NCBI GenBank assembly: GCA_000934665.2
Contig: KZ538844.1
Coordinates: 62,001 to 94,709 of the forward strand
Reading direction: 5' to 3'
Source: Catajapyx aquilonaris
Taxonomy: Eukaryota
DNA: 32,709 nt
Made by a program: the position numbers and the translations under genes. Of this stretch, positions 23,601 through 31,640 are shown in pieces; positions within the stretch are counted from its first letter, which is position 1; each line of letters starts with the position of its first letter. A model generated the notes under the pieces. That model was not told the origin of the DNA, did no database searches, and worked only from the letters and a program-made list of their open reading frames with translations.

Positions 23601-25910
23601 AAAATATCTATAGAAATCATGACAAAGACAACGGGTGGAATTTTCGTCCCACTGCTAGTTATTACTGCTAACTTGGCAGTGCCAGTGTTGGCATTGGTAC
23701 TGCTATGTTAGCAGTATCTAGCAGTGGGACGAAAATTCCAACCAGCATTTTCATTTACAACAGGCAATATTTATTAAGTAAAGCAAAGTTTAAAATGTTA
23801 AAAAAAAAAATCCTTCGAGAGAAAGAGTCGTCACTTGTTGCCATGTGCTTTGAATCAGGCTATACCTATATGTTGCAGCTTGCTAGGAGAGTCTCTGTCC
23901 AGTATCTGAATATCTTGCTTCATCGGTGGTCTGTATTATAGCTCCCAGCACTCCATGCCATTTTTTAAAATCACTGATGGATCTTTGCTTGTTGGTCCTC
24001 CCAACCCCCTTATGAGTTGAAGTACAAAATGTGCACCATATTGTTTCCTTAATTTTTTCTCTGCCTTTGCGTCTAATTCTCAGTAGCACGTTGGTGGTGT
24101 TAGTAATGTGAAATTAATCATTTTGAATGTCCTTTATTTTACAATGCAGAGTTCCAGTTTGAAGGATTCAGTAAAGACGTATGCCGCAGCATGATAGCTA
24201 TGCTTGATTCCGACCGTTCTGGAAAACTTGGTTTGGAGGAATTCAAGACACTATGGATGGACATCAGAAAGTGGAAGGTATTATAACTGAGACTTTTATC
24301 AAATCATTATTATTAAAAGTAAATTTAAAGGCAGTTTCTACTCAATAAAGCAGGTATTACAACTCATAGATTGGTACATGTTGTATACTGTGCTTTTTTG
24401 AGAGCCTCCAATGTGTTAAGTGGAAACTGCTATTTTTTTTATACATTGGATATACTATATGGACTACCTTTCTCACTTTTGTAAACACTGGCAGAGAGAG
24501 AATATTTACAGTCATATAAAACAGCATTATTACCATTAGTCTATAATTGCTATTCTAGTATCAAGTGTATAACCAAAAGCCATGTTGCTGAGATTTACCC
24601 ATGCTTAAATAATAACCTTATGTGCACCTAATATGAATACCAATCATGTATTGTTAAAAAGCACTCACACACACAATCATGTTTTGGTATTCCCCTGTTA
24701 TTTTTATATATGCTATTTCTTGATTTCAGAATGTCTTCAGCCAGTTTGACCATGACAAGTCAGGCCACTTGAATTCATTTGAACTCCGGGCTGCACTGAA
24801 CCATGCTGGTTACCGTCTAAACAACCACGTCCTGAATGCCCTGGTCCTGCGCTACGGAAATCGTGAGGGCCATCTCTCCTTTGATGATTTCATCATGTGT
24901 GCTGTGAAGCTCAAGACTATGATAGGTGAGGATGGTGGGGGATTGGAGGGTTTGGAAGGGGTCGACGTTGATGACTACATGGCAGTGGATGATTATTTCG
25001 ACCGGTCTAATGACTACCTGGATAACCTGGAGTCTGCTCCTGATGAAGGGGAGGAGGATGGGGAGGAAGGGGAGGAAGAGGTGGTGGAGGATCCAGCAGA
25101 ACTGGACTTTGAGGACCAGATTGTTCAGGGAGAGGATGACATGTGAGATAATGCCATCAGAAAGGGGAAAGTCTTGACGTTATTTTTGCAAAGCCCACGC
25201 AATTCACGTTATATTTTTGTAGGTTGAAGAAATTGCAATGTTGTTTTGTACAGGTTATTTTTGGTACTACACTAATGTTTTTTTCACCTGAACTTATAGC
25301 TATTTATGGTACATTGTAGAAGTGCAAGCTGTACCAAAGTCCTGCTACTTGCCACCATCATCCTAGGTGATGGTGTTAAGCACAGGAAACTTTAGGATCA
25401 CCTAAATCATAATATGTAATGCACAAAGTAATTAGAGTAGAAGGCAAACATGTGCAATGACATACAATAGGTTAACATGCACATTCCATGTAGTACACTG
25501 CACAAATGCTGTAGGTTGTGCTGTCAGCTGCATCACTCTGTCATTTTGGTGGAGAGATGACAATGAAGTCCAAGGCGTGTGAAATCCTTTCTGATGGTGT
25601 TTTCTGCAGGATGCTTACGCTTGACTAAAAATGATGGGGAGATGAGCATGACCTGCTGACAGTATTTTGGCTTTTTCTGGTGGTGGTATTTTTTATTTTT
25701 ATTTCTTTTATGGTTGTGGGAGGTTGTGGGAAAGGAAAGATACAAAACAATATCTGTGAATGCAATTTACAGCTGACTGGCTCTCATCTTTATTTTCTCT
25801 CTTTCCCCCCTCCCACCCATGCAGAACTCTTTCAGGAGCGTGACCCCCTGCGAACCAACAAGGCCGTTTTCACGCTTGATGAGTGGGTGGAAAGAACACT
25901 GTACTCTTAA
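5383..25910 (+). CDS. CalpA/CalpB: Classical calpain (calpain-A/B-like), long isoform, 15 coding exons, 1097 aa: Gly/Pro/Tyr-rich domain I, CysPc, CBSW/C2-like, penta-EF-hand
   Basis: join(5383-5665,6083-6568,8176-8633,15174-15350,15408-15477,15557-15674,15745-15879,18011-18179,19043-19636,21757-21974,22110-22152,22223-22355,24150-24277,24730-24925,25825-25910) = 3294 nt, all GT-AG with matching phases. Motifs [12 protein letters not shown] (Cys 15562-4), GHAYS (His 19094-6), RNPWG (Asn 19178-80), EWVERTLYS*. Confidence 0.93.
6083..6568 (+). CDS. CalpA/CalpB: Calpain long-isoform exon 2 (GYPP/GYGPPP repeats, poly-Gly)
   Basis: Open 486-nt phase 1-1 exon [26 protein letters not shown]...[12 protein letters not shown], with an exact 18-nt tandem repeat at 6256-6291. 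The ORF track shows only part of this frame. Confidence 0.8.
6691..6998. mobile_element. pogo/Tigger-type MITE
   Basis: TA-CAGTAGAACCTTGATTATCCG ... CGGATAATCGGGGTGTTCAACTG-TA, with internal TTATCCG motifs. Confidence 0.75.
7327..7700. mobile_element. Fold-back element with long imperfect inverted arms
   Basis: taattagagagtc..cagcctggaatttggc..aggcatcttatgattcgggtgg (about 7400-7461) pairs with ccacccgaatcgtaagatgcct..gccaaattccaggctg..gactttctaatta (about 7533-7604). Outer ends gtgctaataaaggg and cccttcttcagcac. Confidence 0.75.
8176..8633 (+). CDS. CalpA/CalpB: Calpain long-isoform exon 3 (Gly clusters and GGLLSGAL repeats)
   Basis: Phase-1 gtcag acceptor. Ends ...[27 protein letters not shown]|gtgagt in phase 0, joining LGERGSG at 15174. 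Confidence 0.85.
9512..9713 (+). promoter_or_regulatory. Candidate internal promoter and non-coding exon
   Basis: TTTATAAA near 9515, then CACGTG, ETS-like ACTTCCGG, CCAAT and an Inr-like CCAGTT by 9570. Donor AAG|gtgcgt at 9707/9708. Marks the start of a CpG-rich block. Confidence 0.35.
10555..10638 (+). CDS. Candidate alternative first coding exon of calpain (28 aa, Cys-Cys)
   Basis: [28 protein letters not shown], phase-0 donor AAA|gtgcgg. A stronger gtgagt at 10647 is phase 2. Confidence 0.45.
10890..11108 (+). CDS. CalpA/CalpB: Alternative first coding exon of calpain, CalpA-like N-terminus (73 aa)
   Basis: [15 protein letters not shown]...[11 protein letters not shown]...[12 protein letters not shown]|gtaagt, phase 0. 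Resembles the Drosophila CalpA N-terminus as recalled (MDDLRGFLRQ...KRVLPSIKNMRV-LGE). Confidence 0.85.
12022..12057 (+). CDS. Alternative first coding exon of calpain, minimal N-terminus (12 aa)
   Basis: cgccATG context, [12 protein letters not shown], consensus phase-0 donor |gtaagt. Confidence 0.7.
12493..12564 (+). CDS. Weak candidate alternative first exon (24 aa, or MDK from 12556)
   Basis: [24 protein letters not shown], phase-0 donor AAG|gtatta, identical to the constitutive donor at 24277. Confidence 0.3.
13105..13401 (+). CDS. Alternative first coding exon of calpain (99 aa, basic, Ser/Thr-rich)
   Basis: TATAAAA at 13051-13057, aaaATG at 13105, open frame [24 protein letters not shown]...KPKTDIFK, phase-0 donor AAG|gtattg. 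Confidence 0.7.
14491..14592 (+). CDS. Weak candidate alternative first exon (34 aa)
   Basis: [34 protein letters not shown]. Only weak phase-0 donors (CCG|gttaca, ACA|gttaaa). Confidence 0.3.
14845..14973 (+). CDS. Candidate proximal alternative first exon (43 aa)
   Basis: [43 protein letters not shown]. Phase-0 donors at 14923 (gtaggt) and 14974 (gtaatg). CpG-containing Arg codons are retained in CpG-poor surroundings. Confidence 0.4.
15174..15350 (+). CDS. CalpA/CalpB: Calpain first common exon (start of CysPc)
   Basis: ttttcag|[37 protein letters not shown]...FVWRRPH|gtgagt. Confidence 0.95.
15408..15477 (+). CDS. CalpA/CalpB: Calpain CysPc exon
   Basis: [24 protein letters not shown]|gtatgt. 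Confidence 0.95.
15557..15674 (+). CDS. CalpA/CalpB: Calpain CysPc exon with the catalytic Cys
   Basis: [40 protein letters not shown]. Confidence 0.96.
15745..15879 (+). CDS. CalpA/CalpB: Calpain CysPc exon
   Basis: [45 protein letters not shown]. Confidence 0.96.
15956..16072 (+). mobile_element. Tigger/pogo-like left-end fragment
   Basis: TA-CAGGAAGTACCCATTTTACGCCGTTAATTAGTTCC followed by repeated GGTGTAAA. No partner end found. Confidence 0.4.
16496..16533 (+). mobile_element. piggyBac-like terminus with a 20-bp palindrome
   Basis: TTAA-CCC start and perfect palindrome gtgtcccctataggggacac at 16514-16533. Confidence 0.4.
16820..17148 (-). mobile_element. tRNA-derived SINE (family 1)
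   Basis: A box TGGTCTAGTGG (17136-17126), B box GGTTCAAATCC (17093-17083) and an A-rich end near 16820. The body recurs at 27702-27849. Confidence 0.85.
17190..17387. mobile_element. Mariner-related non-autonomous element end
   Basis: Terminus agtccgggaacttttcgatcacacctcg-TA resembles the mariner TIR at 266-295 (agtccgggaatgacttgaacactcctcg-TA). Left boundary is approximate. Confidence 0.6.
18011..18179 (+). CDS. CalpA/CalpB: Calpain CysPc exon
   Basis: [56 protein letters not shown]|gtacct. Confidence 0.96.
18240..18700. mobile_element. GC/CpG-rich intronic insertion, probable transposon remnant
   Basis: Abrupt CpG-rich block in a CpG-poor intron, repeated GCCATCTTG motifs, weak terminal complementarity, no recognisable ORF. 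Confidence 0.35.
18917..18998. mobile_element. Tiny pogo/Tigger-type MITE
   Basis: aaaacttctataactcgaa pairs with ttcgacttatagaagttttactg-TA. Confidence 0.6.
19043..19636 (+). CDS. CalpA/CalpB: Calpain exon with catalytic His and Asn and the start of the CBSW/C2-like domain
   Basis: [51 protein letters not shown] and acidic loop [10 protein letters not shown]. Confidence 0.97.
20157..20417 (-). mobile_element. tRNA-derived SINE (family 2, V-SINE-like core), full length with target-site duplication
   Basis: A box TGGCAGAGTGG (20405-20395), B box GAGTTCGATCCC (20362-20351), ATT-repeat tail and exact 15-bp TSD tatgcatactgatca at 20142-20156 and 20418-20432. Confidence 0.9.
20750..21149. mobile_element. 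Tc1/mariner-superfamily MITE, 400 bp
   Basis: TA flanks and about 90-bp TIRs: cagtaccctgcattaatggccat..acagacatcgccacctg..taggcgtcggtgggctgtgtccaaaatactt and its reverse complement. Confidence 0.9.
21757..21974 (+). CDS. CalpA/CalpB: Calpain CBSW/C2-like exon
   Basis: [19 protein letters not shown]...[41 protein letters not shown]. Confidence 0.96.
22110..22152 (+). CDS. CalpA/CalpB: Calpain linker exon
   Basis: ttttttag|(Q)[14 protein letters not shown]|gtaagt, phases 2 to 0. Confidence 0.9.
22223..22355 (+). CDS. CalpA/CalpB: Calpain PEF exon (EF1)
   Basis: [45 protein letters not shown]|gtgagt. Confidence 0.93.
22493..22591 (+). CDS. Candidate cassette exon 1 of the PEF insert (33 aa)
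   Basis: tagcag tandem acceptor, open phase 1-1 [33 protein letters not shown]. The donor G|gtgtgg is uncertain. Confidence 0.4.
22751..22774 (+). CDS. 24-nt cassette microexon of the PEF insert (DEDGDGIL)
   Basis: attcttccag acceptor, G|gtaagc donor, phase 1-1. Confidence 0.7.
22923..23015 (+). CDS. Candidate hydrophobic cassette exon of the PEF insert (31 aa)
   Basis: Strong donor G|gtgagt at 23016 and open phase 1-1 [31 protein letters not shown]. The acceptor catgtag is weak. Confidence 0.35.
23308..23331 (+). CDS. Candidate 24-nt cassette microexon of the PEF insert (GGCVMDTT)
   Basis: Branch-like ctaat, then polypyrimidine tctttccttgctttctacaag acceptor; donor G|gtgggg; phase 1-1. 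Confidence 0.45.
23634..23743. repeat. 110-bp near-perfect hairpin (palindromic MITE)
   Basis: tggaattttcgtcccactgctag..tactgctaac..gcagtgccagtg pairs with cattggtactgc..gttagcagta..ctagcagtgggacgaaaattcca. Confidence 0.85.
24150..24277 (+). CDS. CalpA/CalpB: Calpain PEF exon (EF2)
   Basis: [43 protein letters not shown]|gtatta. Confidence 0.96.
24730..24925 (+). CDS. CalpA/CalpB: Calpain PEF exon (EF3-EF4)
   Basis: [66 protein letters not shown]|gtgagg. Confidence 0.96.
24926..25146 (+). CDS. Alternative acidic C-terminal extension (read-through of the last donor), 73 aa
   Basis: Frame stays open [12 protein letters not shown]...[24 protein letters not shown], 32 of 73 residues Asp/Glu. 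Exon-like composition ends shortly after the stop. Confidence 0.65.
25825..25910 (+). CDS. CalpA/CalpB: Calpain terminal exon (EF5)
   Basis: Long polypyrimidine tract, gcag|[28 protein letters not shown]. Confidence 0.95.
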
Positions 25911-27011
25911 ATAAGAGTAGCTGACCGCTGGAATGACTTTGGGTGCCAATCATATTCTCCCTTTTCTTCTCTTGAAAAAAATGGCTTCTTTTATGCAATG
26001 TGCAAAGCATGCACAGAAAGAGAGAAGAAAGAGTGAAAAGTAGAAGCCTGGTGGTGGGTTTTTCCTGCATCACAAGTACTGATGGATTCCAAAGCAGTAT
26101 GCGCCATACTTCAGCCAGTGGAAAATTAAATCATTCAAAAAAATATATCTTGTGATCTGCTTGAAATTTTGTCCCAGAAAGACAGCGGGCAACAGTTTTC
26201 CGTGCCTTGAGTAGGAATTTGGCCATAACCCTTGATGAGATACTAACCGCCATGTTAGCACTGCTATTAGAAGCATGATTCAGAGCAGTTTGTCTATTTC
26301 TCTCGTTCCACTGCCTCAATGCACAATATTCTTCCTGATTATACCCTAACTCCTAACTCATGAGCATGTGTTTCATGTGCATGTGGGCGCCATCTTAAAA
26401 GTGCTGAACTATTTTTAGCATCAAGTTTTGATCAGCCTAATGTGTATTTCCGCCCCCAAACTTTGTTATCTCATTTTACTGAATGTAATGATTGTAATGT
26501 GTGTGTGATCAACATGTATAACATGATGGTAAGTGTAATTGAAGTTGGCGACAAAAACAACATTTTGTGAGTATTTAGATGCAGCACTATTCAAAATTGC
26601 CATCAGGGGAAGTAGGTACGGTACTTGTGGCAAATGTGTTTTTGTTGCATATGTTACCTATTATTTTACCATCATTGGAATCCACTCGTTGATTTAGAGT
26701 TACAAGAACTGCATGGATGGACTTGAATCTGTTGGAGAGGGTGAATATGTGAACCAAGTTTTAATCTTGTTGAATTTAATGTGCTTCATAATATAGCAGT
26801 ACATAATTATGTGCTGGCCAACAACGCAATCACATTTAATTTTGATGACATGTATGAGCAGAAATATATTAATCCATTACAGTCTTAGTGTTTTCTTAAC
26901 GATTGAAAAGTGACTTTTTTACAGTAAGAAAATTGTGCACTCATGCACTGCATGAGTGAGGTATGTCATTCACTGAGGAATGTGTGTTCTGGGTGTTTCT
27001 CCGGCCTCTGC

Positions 27012-27017
27012 AATAAA
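27012..27017 (+). terminator. Candidate calpain polyadenylation signal
   Basis: First canonical AATAAA found after the stop, giving a 3' UTR of about 1.1 kb. Another lies at 27872-27877. Confidence 0.45.
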
Positions 27018-27701
27018 ACTTTAATGTTATTGGCATCTAGTACAGTACAAAGTGTGGAGCACAACCAAAAAAAAATCATATCCTCTTGTAAAGCCTAAAA
27101 TTATATTATGTCCAACCACTGCTTCTTGCCTTGTCCAGAGTTACAATCTGGGCCATATCAATATTCACTCTGACGTCTATCAGCATTGTAATAGCTTTTA
27201 GGTACTGTGATGTTGCGCTGGATTAAAAAATTCAGCAAGACTCTGAAAGGACTTGTGTTTCTGTGTCAGTTCTTGGAATACAAGGTCCTTCATTGGATGA
27301 TGTACCTCACTTGCAATCTGCGTCTGTCCTTTCTGTAAATCCCAAAGGTGCATAAGCACAGATGGTAACTAACATTTACAATGGGCAATTATCTTCTAAC
27401 TGCTTCCATTGAAAATACACGTGCAGCTCAACTTGGTTGCAAGCATTCCTGCCTTCACAAGACGTTCCTAGATCTGCAGAGAAGAAGGAGACTTAAATGG
27501 ATCTTGTTGGTCCAGCATCTGCCTGGACTTCCAAACCCTAAGAAATATGTACTGTGCATGGATATGTAGTAAATCTAGAAGAGGTTGGTTCTATAAGTTT
27601 TTTGCACGGTCGTAGATATATAGGTCTGGTCACTTTCGCCTTTGGGGACTGATGGGGTGGTGGAGAGAGGGTTGGCCACGATAGGGCTTTTCTTCAGGGT
27701 C

Positions 27702-27849
27702 AGGTCTTTTTCCGCTTTTCACCTGACATGCCTGGGCAGAATTGCACTCCCTTCTCTGCCCAGGGCCAGGAGAAAAGGTCTGGTATTTAAGAGGGTCAGA
27801 AATGACTAGAAACTACTTCAGAGCACCGTCCCTTTGGAACCTCCCCTTC
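27702..27849 (+). mobile_element. Headless fragment of SINE family 1
   Basis: ggtctttttccgcttttcacctgacatgcctgggcagaattgcactcccttctctgcccagggccaggagaaaaggtctggt matches the reverse complement of about 16915-17058. Confidence 0.8.
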
Positions 27850-27949
27850 AGAGTAGTAATTTAATTCTCACAATAAAGTACAACGGTTTCAGCTACTTCC
27901 TTAAGCAGGTTTCTCAAGGTAATGTCCCGTGTCTTTTAATTTTAATGTA

Positions 27950-28390
27950 TTTCAAAATTCGATCAGCCTAACAGTTGGCAGGTAGTACTTGAATTTTGAA
28001 TTTTTACAGCGATATTATTTAAAATTTATTTGGGAACTTTTAGGCGAAGTAAGTGATTCAAAAAAAGTAGTCACAGTGAAGAGCATGGACGTGTAAGTGT
28101 AACTGTTATTTTGTAAAATATCTTGTCCTTCAAAGTATGAGTAAGCAAAAAATAATCTAGTAGGCGACTAACATTTGTCCCGTAGTACTTGAATTTCAAG
28201 TTTTTACAGCGATCTATTTGGAAATTAATTTTGGGACTTCTAGCCCAGGGAAATTGTTCCCAAAACACATTCATAGTGTTTTGCATAAATGGCTAAGTAT
28301 AGCTGTTTTAGTTGTAAAATCGTATCTTGTCCGCATTTTCCGAGTATCCGTAAGCGAAAATCTAGGCGTTTTCGGCCTAGCTGGTAGCGA
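27950..28390. repeat. Degenerate tandem repeat, about 200-bp unit, two or more copies
   Basis: gtagtacttgaattt..tttttacagcgat at 27982 and 28182; ttgtaaaat..atcttgtcc..gtaagc.aaaa..tctag near 28111 and 28312. Confidence 0.7.
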
Positions 28391-29108
28391 AGAGATTAAG
28401 AATGAAACTCGCGTGAAATGTGAAATTATTCGATTATTAATATTTGTGTGAAAGCCTTGAGGTGTAGGGAAACATGTAGGATATATTTACCCAAATGTTT
28501 CCGCGTAAGCTTGCGAACAAAAGAAACCAAATTAAAATCGGGCCACTATAGGAGCTGAGATTTTTAGGAAAAACGGTGGCGGCCTTCTTTAATTATTTCA
28601 ATGGCGACCTACAATAATTTTGAAGTGGCTCCCCCATATTCAAAGCTCAATTATGTTATATTATCTTCTGGGAAACGTTTATTATTTTATAACTCTTTGT
28701 TCGCGAGGCATTATTTCCGACTTTTAATTCTAACTTATTTCTTGGGCGATGCACGGATAATCCGCACCCGAATAATCGGGAGTATAGCGTAGATAATGTG
28801 CAGAAGCATTTTGTATCATTTAAAATTTTGTATAAATGTACTAAGTCAATAATATTAGTTGTTAACTGTATTAACAATGCAGTTCGTGTGAAACGTGAAA
28901 TGTCACTAATCATTTTTAATTGTGCGAAACCTTTGAGGTTTAGAGACACGCGACTGTCTACATAAATGAAGACCACAATTCAATAAGGGCCCAATTTAGA
29001 AAATTGAAAATGTCCAGGAAGCGGGAAAAAAAACTATTTATTTCTGTTTCTGTTCATGGTAGGCAATAATATTGTGCTCTAAACCTAATGACAGATACCT
29101 AAGGTATA

Positions 29109-29800
29109 CAGGGTGTATCTGAACTCAGTGCCCCGACGTATATGACTGCCTTCCTAGCCACCAGAGGATCGATTTAAGTATAGGAGTCATTATGTTTGGC
29201 CGCCGCATTACGGAGATAATTGGCCGCAAACATGTAGTACAAAATATCCTGTCNTATAAAGTGATTGAACATGTCACCTCACTAGAATGCAAAATCAATG
29301 AGAACCCTGAGCTTGTTTCTTTATTGCAACGAGACGGTTCCATCTGGGGGTATATAGCGTTGGAAATACCCTGCCAAGGCCAGAAATACCGTACCATGGC
29401 CCCAGATCAGACGATATATCGATAAAATAATGTAGAAAAAAAATGGAAATAACTGGGCGGCCCGGTACCACTTGATCCACGGACCGGTACCGGTCCGCGG
29501 CCCGGGGGTTGGGGACCACTGGGTTAGGCCACCCATCGAACCCTCCCCCAGTCAGAAGGCTCTGGAAGGTCTGGGGGCGGGACTTTGTTGGTTTGTTGCC
29601 CACAGGTGGTAAGGCCTCTTTGGCTAGTTACACCAGAAAATTCTAATTAAAAGTCAGAAGGAGCGATTAGGCAAAAATCGCTAAAGAGTGTATCTCAGTA
29701 ATGAGGCTGCCCAGACATATGACTCCTATACTTAAATCGATCCTCTGGTGGCTAGGAAGGCAGTCATATACGTCGGGGCACTGAGTTCAGATACACCCTG
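29109..29800. mobile_element. Tc1/mariner-superfamily non-autonomous element with perfect 82-bp TIRs
   Basis: TA-CAGGGTGTATCTGAACTCAG...ATAGGAGTCAT (29109-29190) is the exact reverse complement of 29719-29800, followed by TA. An N lies at 29254. Confidence 0.92.
29453..29521 (-). mobile_element. hAT (Charlie/Buster-like) terminus nested in the MITE
   Basis: Minus strand reads CAGTGGTCCCCAACCCCCGGGCCGCGGACCGGTACCGGTCCGTGGATCAAGTGGTACCGGGCCGCCCAG, a typical hAT terminal/subterminal motif with palindrome CGGACCGGTACCGGTCCG. Confidence 0.75.
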
Positions 29801-31086
29801 TATACAACATGAATACCTGACAGCACTTTCATTGAAATGGCATGTAATTTATATTTTATTTAAATTCTTTTAATGCTCACAGTTGGGCCCTTCTTGCATT
29901 GTATCGTTCCTTGGGCTAAACTATGGAGAAATAAACCGTCTCAGGATAAAATTAATGAATGATTATGATATCCAGGAGACATAGTATTCGCCTCAGAGTA
30001 ATTACACATTATATTTAATTATATTTAATGTTTTTTTTGGTCTCCCATGCCACCTAGGTCTACCTCATAAGATAGCGGCCATTTTTGACCACTTCCCGAG
30101 GGCGTATGTCAAAGATTTTTTGGTGACATATACGTAGATCCACAAGTCTACTTTATTTTCCACTTGGTTTAGCACTGCTCCTCAGAGGGGAACATTCTAA
30201 TGGTAAAGTAACGCATCTCCTTTAGAAGTAGCGCTTAGACAAAATTCACGTCTCGCTTAAAAATTACCGGTATTTTCAAATCGCTGGTCGCTCTATTATG
30301 ACCTCATCTATGATTCCTGAAAGTATCACATTCCAATCAAAAAGTGCAGCTTCTTTTTAACGTACCAGGCGTAGGCCCTACTATCCTCACCCATTGGCCA
30401 TTACGGGTATTTTTCATCACAGGGTAATTCCAGGACAGGTCAACCAAAAAAGAATTCCAGATAATTACCACCCCACCTACTCCAATTTTTACAAAAAGTA
30501 GCACATAGTCTACAGAATATTATTGTGCAGAACAAAACAAACCTATTATATGGTAAAAATGCTGCAGATGACTAGATACTGTTGAGGCATTGAGTAGTCT
30601 CCCAAGTGGTGGCATAGGCATATAGTGTAATCTTAAAGTCGTAAAATTTTTAATATTGAATCAAATAAAACAGAAGGGCATGCCCTTCAAAAATGTCAAA
30701 GGGAAAATGCCGGCGGAATTAATTCGTCACGTTTTCATTGTTGGGCTAGTAGGGGGGTGCACTTAGCTCTACATTGTCTTTCCTCCCAGCAGTAAGACTA
30801 ACTACAGTACTTATAATATTAAAATGCTTGCGGACTATATGGTTATGCCCTCTGATTCCCACCTCCATATTGTTGTTACCCCCACGTTTCGATTGACCCG
30901 CGTTCATTTTTACCTGGTCGTATTGTTACCATGACGCCTCACAAAAACATTGTTTTTATTTATTTATACGTGCCATTTTCATATTTAGCTAATTTTATCG
31001 ATTTTCAGAGAATTTAATGATAATTTATTCAATTAATGGAAGTTCATTTAAAACGATGGATATATTGTAAACTTTTTTATAAGTTG

Positions 31087-31180
31087 AAATTTCTTTTGTT
31101 AGATGCGGGCCGCATCTAACAAAGGAAATTTTTTGAAAATCTCTATGCGGCTCACGGAGAAAAAGGTTTGCCGATCCCTG
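31087..31180. mobile_element. Hairpin with 22-bp arms plus a hAT-type right end
   Basis: aaatttcttttgttagatgcgg-g-ccgcatctaacaaaggaaattt (31087-31131, one mismatch), then gcggctc...aaaaaggtttgccgatccctg. Confidence 0.55.
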
Positions 31181-31498
31181 AAATAGGGTCTACTTATACC
31201 GGGTTGTGATCTTAGAAGTAGTCTTACTTTATAAAACTATTTTTTTTAAAGTATTAAAATTGATATTTTAGGAAGAAAATTTGTGAAGTATGAATGTTTC
31301 TGTATAAAGAAAACAAGAATTAACCACTTCCAAAAGTTGAATAACTTATCGCAAATATACACCGGATTTTGACACTTTTATAGGATATAACCGGCAACCG
31401 GCCTTGTTTGTAAAATAAAGTAAAATATAATCTTAATTTGTGAAACGTACATGTTTTTAGTTTTTACTCTATTGTTACATGATTACATGGTTACAAGT

Positions 31499-31640
31499 TT
31501 ATCCGAAATGTTCGGGACCAGCAATGTTGCGAATTTCGGGTGTTTTCGGATTTTGGAATTTTTGTACGTATATTTGGAACTATGAAATAGGACATGTTTG
31601 GGACGGGATAAATGCCTCTAAACACTATATTCATGTACAT
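31499..31640 (+). mobile_element. Tigger4/Zombi-like (pogo) fragment
   Basis: ttatccgaaatgttcgggaccag..gaatttcgggtgttttcggattttggaat..tctaaacac resembles the Tigger4 left subterminal sequence as recalled. Confidence 0.6.

Noticed and set aside
25654..25659. TGC-TGA as a Cys-selenocysteine motif
   Set aside because: No SECIS element was identified and there is no precedent in calpains; the exon itself is doubtful.
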